DNA of 61,586 nt, the filler included. It is 7 parts of 7 records of this genome, joined end to end, with 100 filler letters (N's around TTAATTAATTAA, not from the genome) between each part and the next. Parts side by side here need not be neighbours in the genome. Positions count along the whole stretch, not along the records: positions 1 to 22,100 come from SRR31156797_17327; 6 more parts are not named here. One strand, given 5' to 3'. A program made the translations under genes and the position numbers. The notes below the pieces were generated by a model. The model was not told where the DNA came from. It made no database searches and saw nothing but the letters and a program-made list of their open reading frames with translations. Positions within the stretch are counted from its first letter, which is position 1. Every line of letters starts with the position of its first letter. This document shows, piece by piece, positions 9,564 to 20,036 of this stretch.

Positions 9564-9924
9564 TCGATAGTTACGGCATAAAGATTAAAGGATATACCTC
9601 ATTCTCACCTAGTGAAAGAAGCCGGCACTAGATGCATTGAAGATTTTTCAGCTGTGAGATAACCGTTACTCCATGGATAATAAGGATAAAAGGTGCAGTG
9701 CCACTGGGGCTATACAGTGAAAGCCTCCCTAGGTTCTAGAGACCTTCGTGCATGGGATTTAGTCTAGATTATTATGATGAATTATCTTACTTTACATATC
9801 GTCTGAAGAAACGTTTTTCCTCTCTTCTTTTTATTTATAAACCGCCTTTTTGGCAAGTTACACTAAAGTGTTACATGCAGTGCTTTCTCTATTGGGCTGC
9901 AATGGCTGTCAGTGCGGAGCCCGT

Positions 9925-12036
9925 TCAGGATTTCAGAGTATCGTTTATCAGCTGACTCAACCTGGCACTCCGAAATGGTTTTTGAATAAATCCGCAAAGA
10001 CCTATTTCCTTCATTTTTTGGACGTCATTTTCTTGCGAAAATCCTGAAGCAAGAATTGCTTTGACAGTGGGGGATATTTCTTGCATGTGCACAAAGCAAT
10101 CCTTCCCGTTCATTTCTGGCATTATCATATCCAGAAGAACTAGATCAATTTTGTCGTAATTTTCTTTAAAAATCTCTAAGGCCTCCTGGCCGTTTGCTGC
10201 TGTCAAGATTTCATATCCCAAGCTGGCTAGAATCGCTTCTGCAGTCGCTCGCATAACAGGTTCATCGTCAACGACCAAGATGCAGCCGCAGCCAAGTACT
10301 GGCTCAGTCGGTTGAGCAGGATGAGCTGGATCTTCAATACTGAGTGGGAAAAAAAGGTGAAATGTTGTCCCTTTGCCAACTTCACTGTTAACGATAATTG
10401 CACCTTGGTGCTGTTGGATTGTTCCAAAAACTGCTGCCAGTCCCAAACCTGTTCCTTTACCTCTTTCTTTGGTTGTGAAAAAAGGCTCAAAGATACGAGA
10501 GAGATTATCTGGCGCAATTCCAGTACCAGTATCTGCAAATGTTACTTTCAGGTATTCTCCAGGGGTAATTTCGGAATGCATCGTCTCGCAGTAAATCTGA
10601 TCAAGCGTAACATTATCTGTTTTGATAGAGATTGTCCCGTTGTTGGGCATTGCATGGGTAGCATTTATTCCTAAATTAATAAGGACGTTTTGTAACTGCG
10701 TGGGATCACCTATGATGATGCTCGATTTTGCGTCCAAGTCTATGGCAATTTCGATACGGCGATCAATGGTGGACTGAAGTAATGCAACGCTTTCCTTGAT
10801 GGTTTCGTTAAAGTCGATGGCAGTAGAGGCAGGCTGCTGTTTTTTGGCAAAGGTAAGTAGCTTCTGGGTGAGGTTTGAAGCTCGCTCTGCGGAATCAAGA
10901 ATCATGTTAACTAATTTCCGCCTCTGTTTGTCTTCACCAACCTGCATGGCAAGGAGTTCTGTTGCACCCATGATGCCGCTCAGCATATTGTTGAAATCAT
11001 GAGCTACTCCACCAGCTAGTTCACCGATGGCATCCATTTTTCCTCTATGCCGCAGCTGCTCCTCAAGGTAATGTTTTTCTGTTACATCATCTGTTCGGAT
11101 AACTGCCCCTTCAACAACCGCATCAGCAACTAAGGGAAAAATAGTTGTATCCTCGTATCTCGTCTGTGTTTTACCCGCAGCGTATACTGTTTTTCCAAGG
11201 TGTTGTTTGACTTTTTTTGACAGGATACTCTCTTCGATGGATTGTTTATGATCTGCCATTTTCGGAAGCACTTCATACAGCTTTTTTCCGTAGACTTCAC
11301 TCGCAGGTATACCTGTTGATTGCTCTGCAGCTTTGTTCCATTGGGTTATTCTCCCGCAGGTGTCTACGCAGATGAGCACAGACGGCATTGAATCGATAAT
11401 CTTGGCTAAAAGATTACGTAACTTGCTGAGTTTTTCATTGCTTTTTTCCTGGCGGTGAATCAGCAGGATAACTACAATGGATGCCGCAGCAAGGATGATG
11501 AGAAAAGCGGCTATTTTTTTCGCTTGATAACTCAACGTAATGGCTGAGTTGCCGATGCTTTCCTTTACTTGTGTATCGTTAATATGGGCAAATTCTTTTG
11601 TTATCGCTGCCAGGTATTCAGTTTCTGTCTCCAGTGCATCTATATATTTTGATGTATTGCTCTGGTCGGAGTTAAGAGATTTTTCAATTGATTGAATATG
11701 ATTACCTAACTCGGTGGTTAAGTGCATATCCTTTGTTGATACACGTGAAGATAAATTGAGTATAACTCCATAACGAACAACTAAGAGGTCAAAGCGTTCA
11801 AGAAGTTTTTCATGTGATTTTTCATCTACTTTTTTCTCATAATCCAAGAGAGCTAACTTGAAATTAAGTATGTCAATTTGAAATTTATTGGTGTGCCCAA
11901 ACAGTTCGTGGAATTCACTAGTCAGATTATTTTTGTCTATATCTGATAGGGTTTGGTAAACATGAATACCAATCGACAGGCAAACAATGACAACTGCTGC
12001 AATAGATAGATAAAGTTTGTTTTTTTTTGAAAGCAT
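9925..12036 (-). CDS. Hybrid sensor histidine kinase (periplasmic sensor, PAS, HisKA, HATPase, REC)
   Basis: Two TMs; H-box AHDFNN; NLGINA, DTGTG, FFTTK and GTGLGL boxes; receiver VVDDE...LLDMIMP...KP. Confidence 0.93.
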   Translation of the reverse strand: MLSKKNKLYLSIAAVVIVCLSIGIHVYQTLSDIDKNNLTSEFHELFGHTNKFQIDILNFKLALLDYEKKVDEKSHEKLLERFDLLVVRYGVILNLSSRVSTKDMHLTTELGNHIQSIEKSLNSDQSNTSKYIDALETETEYLAAITKEFAHINDTQVKESIGNSAITLSYQAKKIAAFLIILAAASIVVILLIHRQEKSNEKLSKLRNLLAKIIDSMPSVLICVDTCGRITQWNKAAEQSTGIPASEVYGKKLYEVLPKMADHKQSIEESILSKKVKQHLGKTVYAAGKTQTRYEDTTIFPLVADAVVEGAVIRTDDVTEKHYLEEQLRHRGKMDAIGELAGGVAHDFNNMLSGIMGATELLAMQVGEDKQRRKLVNMILDSAERASNLTQKLLTFAKKQQPASTAIDFNETIKESVALLQSTIDRRIEIAIDLDAKSSIIIGDPTQLQNVLINLGINATHAMPNNGTISIKTDNVTLDQIYCETMHSEITPGEYLKVTFADTGTGIAPDNLSRIFEPFFTTKERGKGTGLGLAAVFGTIQQHQGAIIVNSEVGKGTTFHLFFPLSIEDPAHPAQPTEPVLGCGCILVVDDEPVMRATAEAILASLGYEILTAANGQEALEIFKENYDKIDLVLLDMIMPEMNGKDCFVHMQEISPTVKAILASGFSQENDVQKMKEIGLCGFIQKPFRSARLSQLINDTLKS

Positions 12037-12039
12037 TTT

Positions 12040-12558
12040 CTAGCTATTAGGGATAATTGTTTTAATGGTCCAAATCCACCTGGATCTCATTTCGTTTTTA
12101 GATATCGTGCCGCCAATATCTTTTGGGTAAATTATTCTAGTCGGCCCTTTTGTCCTGACAGTTAGAATTTTACCATTTCGCCTTGTGGCCAAGAGTACTG
12201 GCCATGTTTCCCAGTCTTCTCTTGGTATTTCAGTTATATATTCATCAAGTGCAACGATTTTAATCGAGGCGCTTTTTTCTATGTTGGCATGTTTGAGTAG
12301 ATCAACGAGTAAGATTCCTTCGTACACACCGTCATCTTCTGGCCAAAAGGTTGAGGTTTTTAAACGTCTTAACCCTATAGATTCTAGCATGTTAATCGTA
12401 TAAGCCTTGTCGCCCCCAGGTGTTTTGACCGTTAAAACTATTTTTTTATTTGTTACCTCTGGTAAAGCTACATCTTCAAGTACAATACCTGCATAAACGG
12501 GTGTGGTTAAAAAAATCATATACAAAACGAGTGATAAGAATGGCTTGATGTTTTTCAT
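12040..12558 (-). CDS. PruR-like periplasmic protein (degenerate molybdopterin-oxidoreductase fold)
   Basis: Signal peptide; T.W...YEG..L.DLL, ALDEY...IP..D, LA...NG......KGP.RIIYP and W.W motifs; no Cys; 3 bp upstream of the kinase. Confidence 0.7.
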   Translation of the reverse strand: MKNIKPFLSLVLYMIFLTTPVYAGIVLEDVALPEVTNKKIVLTVKTPGGDKAYTINMLESIGLRRLKTSTFWPEDDGVYEGILLVDLLKHANIEKSASIKIVALDEYITEIPREDWETWPVLLATRRNGKILTVRTKGPTRIIYPKDIGGTISKNEMRSRWIWTIKTIIPNS

Positions 12559-13130
12559 TGCTCGTTCCCTTGGTGTCTTTATGTGTTAAGTGTTTGTTTT
12601 TATAGAGATTTAGATTGTCGGCGACAAGCTCCCTTAGGTTGCCCTTATAGGACATTAATAGATAAGGCTATACCTGAACAATTTGATATTATCACAATGT
12701 AGTATTGGATACTAATCAGAAAACCATCGTTAAAGAGGTAAATGATACTTATTCTCAAAGGATGAGGTCGAATTTTGACCGTGATTAAGTGTCTTAAAAG
12801 AGTATAAAAAAGGTAGTTGGGAGGCTACTGGGCAATAGGCAACCTGTGATAGGATAGGTTGCCCGATGTATATAGCTGTAAAAGCATTTACACTCTTTAC
12901 CGTCAGCCTGTTAACTAAAAATCTATTCCAATGGTATTGGAGTACTTGTTGTAAACGGCGGTCTGCGATTCGTTGAAATGGAGTTTTGTTTCGTATCTGT
13001 CTGTTCTTTCATTTTTAATCGGTCGATATACAGTTTGTTTCGTGGTGCATGTTGATTCTGATAAAAAAATAGCCCTCACCAACTACCTCTTTTGGGATAT
13101 GGCCTTGGTAAAATTTTGTAATAACACTCT

Positions 13131-14762
13131 TCAGACAAGGTGTACCTCTCGTTGAGGAAAAGGCATGTTTACGCCCTCTGCATTACACCTATTGTAGATC
13201 TGTTTGCTGATTTCATGGGTCAGTTTACCACGCTCATGGGGGCGTTTAGCCCAGGCTAACAGTTCGAAGTTGATGGCGGAATCACCAAAGCTGCGCAGGC
13301 GAGCCCGCGGAGGGGGGCTGGGCATGACCAACGGATTGGCCTTTGCCGTGCTGACCAGGATTTGTTCGACCTGTTCCAAATCCGATCCATAGGCAATTCC
13401 AACCTTGATCCGTACTCGAAAGTGGGGGTACGGAGCACTTTGATTGACGATTTTTACATTGGTGATCACCGAATTGGGAATGGTGATCAGAATATCGTCG
13501 CGAGTGAGCAACCTGGTGCTCCGCATACCAACGGCCTTTACCTCTCCTCTCTCTCCACTATCCAACACAATATAGTCGCCTGCCCTGAAAGGACGGTCCA
13601 TCAAAATAGTGATGCCACCGAAAAAATTTGCCAAGGTTTCTCGTGCAGCCAGAGCCACCGCCACCCCAGCTATACCAGCAGAGGCAAAGACAGCGGTTAC
13701 CGGCAGGCCAAAATAACTGCCGGCTCGGTAAAACAGCAAAAATACCACCCCAAAGGAGACCAACCTGCAGAGCAATTTGATAAAATCAGCGTTAAGGGCC
13801 TCTTCCTTAATATGACGCGAGGCAATAATTCCATGCATCACTACATTGCCGCTGACCAGGATACCCCAGGACAAAAAGACGAGTAAAATTGCCTCCAGCC
13901 ACATGGTAACCAGGGTAAGGACCTTGCCTGTAATATTGACTTGAGTGTTGATGATATATTCAACCACCAGGGAGAGGAGCATCGCCAGAAGAGGAAAAAG
14001 TAATAGGCTGACATGCCAGCTCTCTTCCGTACCTTTCTTTTTGCAGCTCACGTAATATTTCAACAGTGGCCATAGCAGTATGCCTCCGAGCAGGAGGGTG
14101 AGAAACAGGCCGAGCCATTGCCAGATGGCTTGTCCCAGATAGCCGTGTTTCATCCAGGGGGGGAGTGCTCCGATCATACCATCCGGGATCATCCACCCAG
14201 ATGAGTAGATATACTCTTCGTAGATACCTTGTACTGCACCATCCTTGTAGGGTAGATGCTGCACCTCGGACAGATACCCATCCAGATTGGCAACAGTTTC
14301 TTTGGTGAACAAATAGGCTCCGGCGCGTGGCCCTTCTTCTATCTTGGCCAGCATTATTTCCGTGTGTGGAATGCTCCATTTGGTAAGCTGCTGCTCTTTT
14401 ACTTCATTTTTACCGGGAATCTCTTCCACGCTAGGCAGAACCAGGCGGTCAAGAATTTCCCGTAAACGCAAGACCGACTCTAATCCGACATCATTGGCAA
14501 TGGTAGGGGCAATGGCACTGAGATCAAAACAGTGGATGGCACCCTCCAAAGCCTCTTCCAGCTCACGGGGGGCACCAACAGGATCGCGCATGGCCCTGGC
14601 AAATTTGTCCGAGTTCTCTAGGAAATTGACAAGGGTGGCGCGAGGACTTGAGGTGTCGGGTGGCTCCAATGGAAACTCAACAGCTGCTATAACAAAACCA
14701 GCCATCATGGTTGTTAGGACAATGAGGAGGGGGAAAATCGTTCGAATGGTATGTAAACGCAT
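13131..14762 (-). CDS. MscS-family mechanosensitive channel with N-terminal periplasmic domain
   Basis: PPDTSSPRATL N-terminus; ETLANFFGG..I..DRPF..GD, IPNS and PFPQR motifs. Confidence 0.92.
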   Translation of the reverse strand: MRLHTIRTIFPLLIVLTTMMAGFVIAAVEFPLEPPDTSSPRATLVNFLENSDKFARAMRDPVGAPRELEEALEGAIHCFDLSAIAPTIANDVGLESVLRLREILDRLVLPSVEEIPGKNEVKEQQLTKWSIPHTEIMLAKIEEGPRAGAYLFTKETVANLDGYLSEVQHLPYKDGAVQGIYEEYIYSSGWMIPDGMIGALPPWMKHGYLGQAIWQWLGLFLTLLLGGILLWPLLKYYVSCKKKGTEESWHVSLLLFPLLAMLLSLVVEYIINTQVNITGKVLTLVTMWLEAILLVFLSWGILVSGNVVMHGIIASRHIKEEALNADFIKLLCRLVSFGVVFLLFYRAGSYFGLPVTAVFASAGIAGVAVALAARETLANFFGGITILMDRPFRAGDYIVLDSGERGEVKAVGMRSTRLLTRDDILITIPNSVITNVKIVNQSAPYPHFRVRIKVGIAYGSDLEQVEQILVSTAKANPLVMPSPPPRARLRSFGDSAINFELLAWAKRPHERGKLTHEISKQIYNRCNAEGVNMPFPQREVHLV

Positions 14763-15138
14763 GGCTTCAGTTAGGGATAGAAATTTTTAGTGTGATAGTT
14801 TGATAGGGAAAAGCTGCTGGTGAATGGGAGGCACAGCCTGCTCAAATCATTTTTCACTACCCAATCAAGGTAACCTTTCCATTACAGCATACGTCTCGAT
14901 TTCGCTGTGGGTCAAGTTATTGATTGAATATATGAATCTTTGCCGAAGGAGTACAAGCAGACCCTGCGTCCCTTGAAAACAATACTCCCCTAAACCCATC
15001 AACATTATCCCGCTACTAGGATCAATCCACCTGAGGGTTGTCGGGTTGGATCGAAGCCACATAGACAAGAAAAACACCCGAATACGTTACTAGTTCTTTT
15101 ACAAGAAATAAGAAATCTCAGCGGGTCGAACGATAACC

Positions 15139-16104
15139 CTAACATGAGGAGTTATCTGGGTGAATTTGCTGCAAAGCAGCAAACATCCGGGCCGCTTCTG
15201 CATAGTAATCCGTAAAGATGCCGTTAACTCCCTTTTGCGCAAGCATCTGCCATTCATTAGGACTGTTAACAGTATAGACCAACACTGCAAGCCCTCTTTT
15301 GTGCGCCTTGTCAATGAACTGAGACGAGACTGTTTTGTACCATAGATTGACAGACATGGCGTTCATCTCACAGGCTTTATTGAGCAACGCGTCTGTGTAG
15401 TATTGGCCAGTCAAGCATGCTTTTATCTCTTCAGCAAAAAGCAGATGTAATTGTGGATCAGCACACTCTTTATCGAGAAAAATAAGGTTTTTGGCAAGGG
15501 ATGCAAAGCGAGGTAGCATATATTCCTCTCGTCCGTAGGCAAAGATACGTTCGAAATAGTGTTCCGCCTTTGGCCCTGCTTTTTTAAGGAGCAGCTTACG
15601 CCGTATGGCACCGTCAAGGAGAGCTATTTGAAGAGTCGGGCAGACTGTCCGGATATCTTTTAGTTCCTGCCAATTGAAGGAACTCACCAATACATCTGAG
15701 TAATGCAGCTGTCCGGATGCAACATACTTTGTTAATAGTTGGCCTGTGGGTATCCCGGTATTCTTCCCTTTCAATTCAAGATGCATTGCCGGGCGAATCT
15801 CAGGGTCGAGAGAGGCAAAGAAATCAAACACCTCCGGCAAGAAAGGAATCCTGTCTTTACCTTGTGTCGGATCTCCTGCGTAGAGGGCTTTCAATGCAGT
15901 GGAATCTGTGGTGATAACCGCACCTTTACCTGTGGACACCTGTTCAAGATCCAGGTTGTGAATGACCACCAGTTGCCCGTCACCGCATAACTGCACATCA
16001 AATTCTATGGCGGGAACTCCCTCACTGAGGACTTTTTTAAAAGCGCGGATGGTGTTCTGATTATATCCGGGATAGTGGCATCCCCTATGTCCAATGAGCA
16101 GCAT
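15139..16104 (-). CDS. Glycerophosphodiester phosphodiesterase (GDPD)
   Basis: IGHRG, NT..AF, IEFDVQ..DG.LVV.H, ELKG, SSF, YTVN and GIFTD motifs. Confidence 0.9.
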   Translation of the reverse strand: MLLIGHRGCHYPGYNQNTIRAFKKVLSEGVPAIEFDVQLCGDGQLVVIHNLDLEQVSTGKGAVITTDSTALKALYAGDPTQGKDRIPFLPEVFDFFASLDPEIRPAMHLELKGKNTGIPTGQLLTKYVASGQLHYSDVLVSSFNWQELKDIRTVCPTLQIALLDGAIRRKLLLKKAGPKAEHYFERIFAYGREEYMLPRFASLAKNLIFLDKECADPQLHLLFAEEIKACLTGQYYTDALLNKACEMNAMSVNLWYKTVSSQFIDKAHKRGLAVLVYTVNSPNEWQMLAQKGVNGIFTDYYAEAARMFAALQQIHPDNSSC

Positions 16105-16265
16105 TAATTCTCCCGAATGTTACAGGGTACTCAGTAAAAAATTTAACGGGTTAATAAAATACTCTGAAATTATTTTAGAAAGATACTTTTAGTAGAGAAA
16201 TTATGTATTTTTTATTTTGCCGCAAGATTGTTCTCAACCCAATGTCGGTTTATAATTTCTTGTAG

Positions 16266-16862
16266 GTAAACCCCCGGCTTTGCCGGAGGACAACAAAAGT
16301 TTGACAGTTCCTGAAAAACAAAGAAGCCTCCGAACTCGTGTACCGCTCAAAGTCACGAGAAGGAGGCTTCATGAACAACATAAACAGCTGAAGCCACTCA
16401 AAGTGGGAATGCAAGTATCATGTGGTGTGGATACCCAAGTGCCGTAGAAAGTCATTATATGGCCATCTCCGAAATCATCTTGGTGAAGTATTGCATGATC
16501 TCGCTCGGCAAAAGAAATGCAAGATTTTGGAGGGGCATCTGCAGTCTGATCATGTTCACATTATGATTGAGATTCCTCCAAAATACTCAGTTGCCCAAGT
16601 GGTTGGATACATAAAAGGAAAGAGCGCGATAAACATAGCCCGTACGTATCTTGGGCAAGAGGGTATTTCGTTTCGACTGTCGGTGCTGACGAGGAAGTTG
16701 TTCGAGCATATATCCGTGATCAGGAAAAAGAAGATCAACGTGTAGTACAGTTGTCATTATTTAAATAGGCGACCACCGAATGGTGGTCAGAGATTCTTTT
16801 TAACATACCGCTTTGAGCGGTTCACAATTATAAAGCCACCGGTTTTACCGGTGGATACTTAC
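16266..16862 (+). mobile_element. IS200/IS605-family (IS200-like, tnpA only) element
   Basis: Subterminal hairpins CCGGCTTTGCCGG (left), ACCGCTTTGAGCGGT and CCACCGGTTTTACCGGTGG (right); leader stem GAAGCCTCC...GGAGGCTTC masks the tnpA SD. Confidence 0.85.
16371..16768 (+). pseudogene. tnpA: Y1 (HUH) transposase TnpA, inactivated
   Basis: MNNINS*SHSKWECKYHVVWIPK (TGA at 16389); DHVH HUH motif; YIKGKS; a frameshifting deletion precedes WARGYFVSTVG...YIRDQ in another frame, ending at TAG 16766-16768. Confidence 0.88.
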
Positions 16863-17267
16863 TGCTTTGATGACCTTTTTGCTGCAATTATTCCTTAATA
16901 CGTAGTTTAGATGAAACTTGCTGTGGTTATAATCTATTACGGAAAGTAGGGCTGAGGCTAAGGTGTAGTCGTTCAGATCTAACCTGACGAAACTTGAAAA
17001 AACGGGTAATTGTCAGATTTAGTCAGAACTGCTTCAATTTCTTATTCAAGAGACCCATATGTATTTCTAAAGAATACGATACCTCCATCATCGTTTCGGT
17101 TTTAAAGCGATTACTCCTTATTTTTATCTCGATAGCAACTTCAACTCACTCTTTTTGGGGATAAAATCCCTACTTTAGGGGGATGGTTTTCACTCTTTGG
17201 TAAGTGTAAAATGTTAATTCGTGTAATTTTCCAGCATCTTAATCAATGATATGGAGGAACACTCGCT

Positions 17268-18374
17268 ATGAGTAGAATATTACTAGCACCAGGCCGTTAT
17301 GTTCAAGGTGCAGGAGCGATGAGTGAAATCGGTAAGTATGTATTGAGCATGGGGTCCAGCGCTTTGATTACCGGAGGGAAAACAGCTTTAGAGACCTGTG
17401 GAGAGCAACTCAAAATAAGCTTGGATGAAAATGGTATTGCTTCTTGTCAGGAGATGTTTAAAGGTGAGTGTTCCGATAAGGAAATCGAACGGCTTATTTC
17501 CATTGCCGCATTAAACAATTGTGACGTGGTGATTGCTGTTGGTGGAGGAAAGGTGATTGATACGGGCAAGGCTGTTGCCCATGAAATGAAACTTCCCGTG
17601 GTCGTCGTTCCGACAATTGCTGCAACTGATGCACCTTGCTCTGCTCTTTCCGTTATTTATAGTGATGATGGGGTCTTTGATCGTTATCTCGTCCTGCCCA
17701 AAAATCCTGATTGCGTACTTGTCGACACGTTGATAGTGGCACAGGCACCAGAATCATTTTTGGTTGCTGGGATGGGGGATGCTCTAGCCACCTTCTGGGA
17801 GGCGGATACTTGTGCCAGGAGTTGCGCACCAAATGCTTTGACCGGGGCATCTCCACCTACCCTGGCGGCACTGGCCCTGGCAAGACTTTGTTATGATACT
17901 TTACTAGAACATGGACATGCAGCTAAGCTCGCAGTTAAAAGAAATGTTGTAACGTCGAGTGTTGAAGCTGTCGTAGAAGCCAATACCCTTCTTTCCGGAA
18001 TAGGGTTTGAGAGTGGTGGGCTGGCTGGATCCCATTCCGTTCATAATGGTTTTACTGTACTGGAGGCGTCCCATGGAAAACTTCACGGTGAAAAAGTTGC
18101 TTTTGGTACGCTAACTCAATTAGTGCTTGAGGGGCGTCCAAAAGAGCAGGTTAATGAAGTTTTATCTTTTTGTGTTAGTGTTGGGCTACCTGTAACTCTT
18201 AATGAACTGGGGTTGACTAATCCGAGTAAGGCTGATATCAAAGCTGTTGCGGAAGCCACAACAGCTGAAGGGGAAACTATTCATTCCACATGGTTCCCTG
18301 TAACTGCGGCTGCTGTTGAAGCAGCTATATGGACAGCTGACGCCTTAGGGGAAGAATTTATCAAAGATTTGTAA
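17268..18374 (+). CDS. gldA: Glycerol dehydrogenase
   Basis: PGRYVQG, GGGKVID, PTIAATDAPCSALSV, GMGDAL, LSG.GFESGGLA..H..HNG and HGEKVAFG motifs. Confidence 0.93.
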   Translation: MSRILLAPGRYVQGAGAMSEIGKYVLSMGSSALITGGKTALETCGEQLKISLDENGIASCQEMFKGECSDKEIERLISIAALNNCDVVIAVGGGKVIDTGKAVAHEMKLPVVVVPTIAATDAPCSALSVIYSDDGVFDRYLVLPKNPDCVLVDTLIVAQAPESFLVAGMGDALATFWEADTCARSCAPNALTGASPPTLAALALARLCYDTLLEHGHAAKLAVKRNVVTSSVEAVVEANTLLSGIGFESGGLAGSHSVHNGFTVLEASHGKLHGEKVAFGTLTQLVLEGRPKEQVNEVLSFCVSVGLPVTLNELGLTNPSKADIKAVAEATTAEGETIHSTWFPVTAAAVEAAIWTADALGEEFIKDL

Positions 18375-18447
18375 TTGTTTTTTCCTTTCTCATCTTTAAA
18401 AAGGCTGGTTACCCAAAACTGGTCAGCGAGCGAACAATATCTTCTGA

Positions 18448-18491
18448 AACACGAGTATCGGGGTGAAACTGACTTCTCCTATACTCGTGTT
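18448..18491 (+). terminator. Stem-loop downstream of gldA (possible terminator)
   Basis: AACACGAGTAT...ATACTCGTGTT 11-bp perfect inverted repeat; no clear U-tract on the + strand. Confidence 0.45.
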
Positions 18492-18796
18492 AAAAATTTC
18501 CCGTCGTTGATTGTGGGAGCAGTTGTATTTTAGGGTAATTTTTGTTTGAATATCCAGCAGTATCCTAGCAGGCTGTTATAAAATCCTCAAAACGCAGCTA
18601 GTTAAGCAAGCAGGCGAAATCCTACCGAGTATTTTGATTATTTCAATGTTGAGGACAAAATACATCAGGTCTTGAAGTTTACCCGGTCCACCGGGAAACA
18701 TACATGCTGGCAGTGCCGTCAAACCATACTTTTGCAACGAAAAGACAGGTGCTCCGTCTTAAAATTATAGGTTTTCTTGGATGACCGGAACGTTTT

Positions 18797-19231
18797 ATGA
18801 ATACCAAAAAAGTAACCATACTCTTTCTCTGTACCGGCAACTCCTGCAGAAGCCAGATGGCTGAAGGTTGGGCAAAGGCTCTTAAAAAAAGCGAGATCGG
18901 TGCCTGGTCAGCAGGGATCGAGAAACATGGGCTCAACCCGCTTGCTGTTAAGGCCATGGCAGAAGCCGGTGTCAATATTTCAAAGCAGGAATCTAATGTG
19001 ATTGACGAGCTGCCCATCAAAGAATTCGATTGGGTCATCACCCTCTGCGGCCACGCCGATGAAACCTGTCCTTTTTTTCCTGGCAAAAGGATTCACGTAG
19101 GCTTCGACGATCCGCCCAAACTGGCTGCGGAGGCGACCAGTGATGAGGAAAGGCTTGTTTACTATCGACGGGTTAGAGATGAAATTAGAGAGCTCATTCT
19201 ATCCTTACCTGACTCTCTTTCCGTATCATGA
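18797..19231 (+). CDS. arsC: Arsenate reductase ArsC (LMW-PTP/thioredoxin type)
   Basis: [17 protein letters not shown]-loop, TLC....CP and FDDP motifs. Confidence 0.9.
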   Translation: MNTKKVTILFLCTGNSCRSQMAEGWAKALKKSEIGAWSAGIEKHGLNPLAVKAMAEAGVNISKQESNVIDELPIKEFDWVITLCGHADETCPFFPGKRIHVGFDDPPKLAAEATSDEERLVYYRRVRDEIRELILSLPDSLSVS

Positions 19232-19250
19232 TTAGTACAAAGGAGCAATC

Positions 19251-19430
19251 ATGAACGTACTTGACCAAACACCTGTTGAAATGAACTTTGAATTTCTCGG
19301 AAATGGAGAACATTCAATGAGCATCGACGGAATGTGAAAGAGCCTCGGCCATGATCAATTCCTCTTTTTGGATGAGCGAATTGATCGGGAAAAGGAAAGT
19401 GGAAGTAAATTTCATCACACCAACTGTTAA
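19251..19430 (+). pseudogene. Short ORF with in-frame TGA: rhodanese-like N-terminal remnant, or possible small selenoprotein
   Basis: SD AAGGAG, ATG 19251; MNVLDQTPVEMNFEFLGNGEHSMSIDGM*KSLGHDQFLFLDER...; FLFLD.R resembles the start of a rhodanese domain. Confidence 0.45.
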
Positions 19431-19474
19431 AAAAGAGTTTTGTGATGTTATAAGCGTCTTGTTAACTCTCGACT

Positions 19475-19783
19475 ATGGAAGGCGTTTTTTTCGCCAATCT
19501 GAGGACTCTCCAGTCAATTGATAAAATTCAGGCATGCACCAGCAGGTTCAGGGCTATTTTCCTGACAACGGTAACTACGGTCTGTGGTTTACTGCCGCTG
19601 TTAACTGAAACTTCCGAGCAAGCCCAATACCTCATTCCCGCAGCAATTTCACTGGCTTTTGGAGAACTGTTTGCCACACCCATAACCCTCTGCCTGATTC
19701 CACTACTTATTAAGATATCAGGGGATATTATCTGCTTTTTAGGTCTTGCCGAAACATTACCTACCATTGCACATTCAGCATAA
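19475..19783 (+). pseudogene. C-terminal fragment of an AcrB-type RND efflux transporter
   Basis: SRFRAIFLTTVTT..GLLPLL......Q.LIP.AISLAFG..FAT..TL..IP matches the last two TMs of RND pumps; the rest of the gene is absent. Confidence 0.8.
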
Positions 19784-19817
19784 AGTGAGGGGTAAGATGT
19801 AGAATCCTAAATTCGCT

Positions 19818-19963
19818 TTCAACGTTGAACTCCGAGTAGGGGGAAATAAACATTTTTTAATGACAACTTCTCTGAGCTAAGTGAGTTCCGTAAAGAGATC
19901 GAGATGCAGTTCTCCCTCAACGACATCCAAATACCTGCCCCTCAAAGAGATCCCCATTTGAAA
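19818..19963 (+). pseudogene. MscS C-terminal remnant
   Basis: FNVELRV, then in another frame SELSEFRKEIEMQFSLNDIQIPAPQRDPHL, resembling the MscS tail IEIPFPQRDLHL. Confidence 0.55.
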
Positions 19964-20036
19964 TTGGTGATAAGGATGTGGTATTAATTCGTGCATCCCA
20001 TGGGTACCGGCCTGAGAGGAAGGCCGCATCATAGGG

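Noticed and set aside
14865..15130. 70-aa ORF or possible IS/MITE end between mscS and GDPD
   Set aside because: No recognisable motif and no convincing terminal inverted repeats.
18565..18660. GCAGGCTGTTATAAAA resembling an IS or REP end
   Set aside because: No partner end or second copy in the window.
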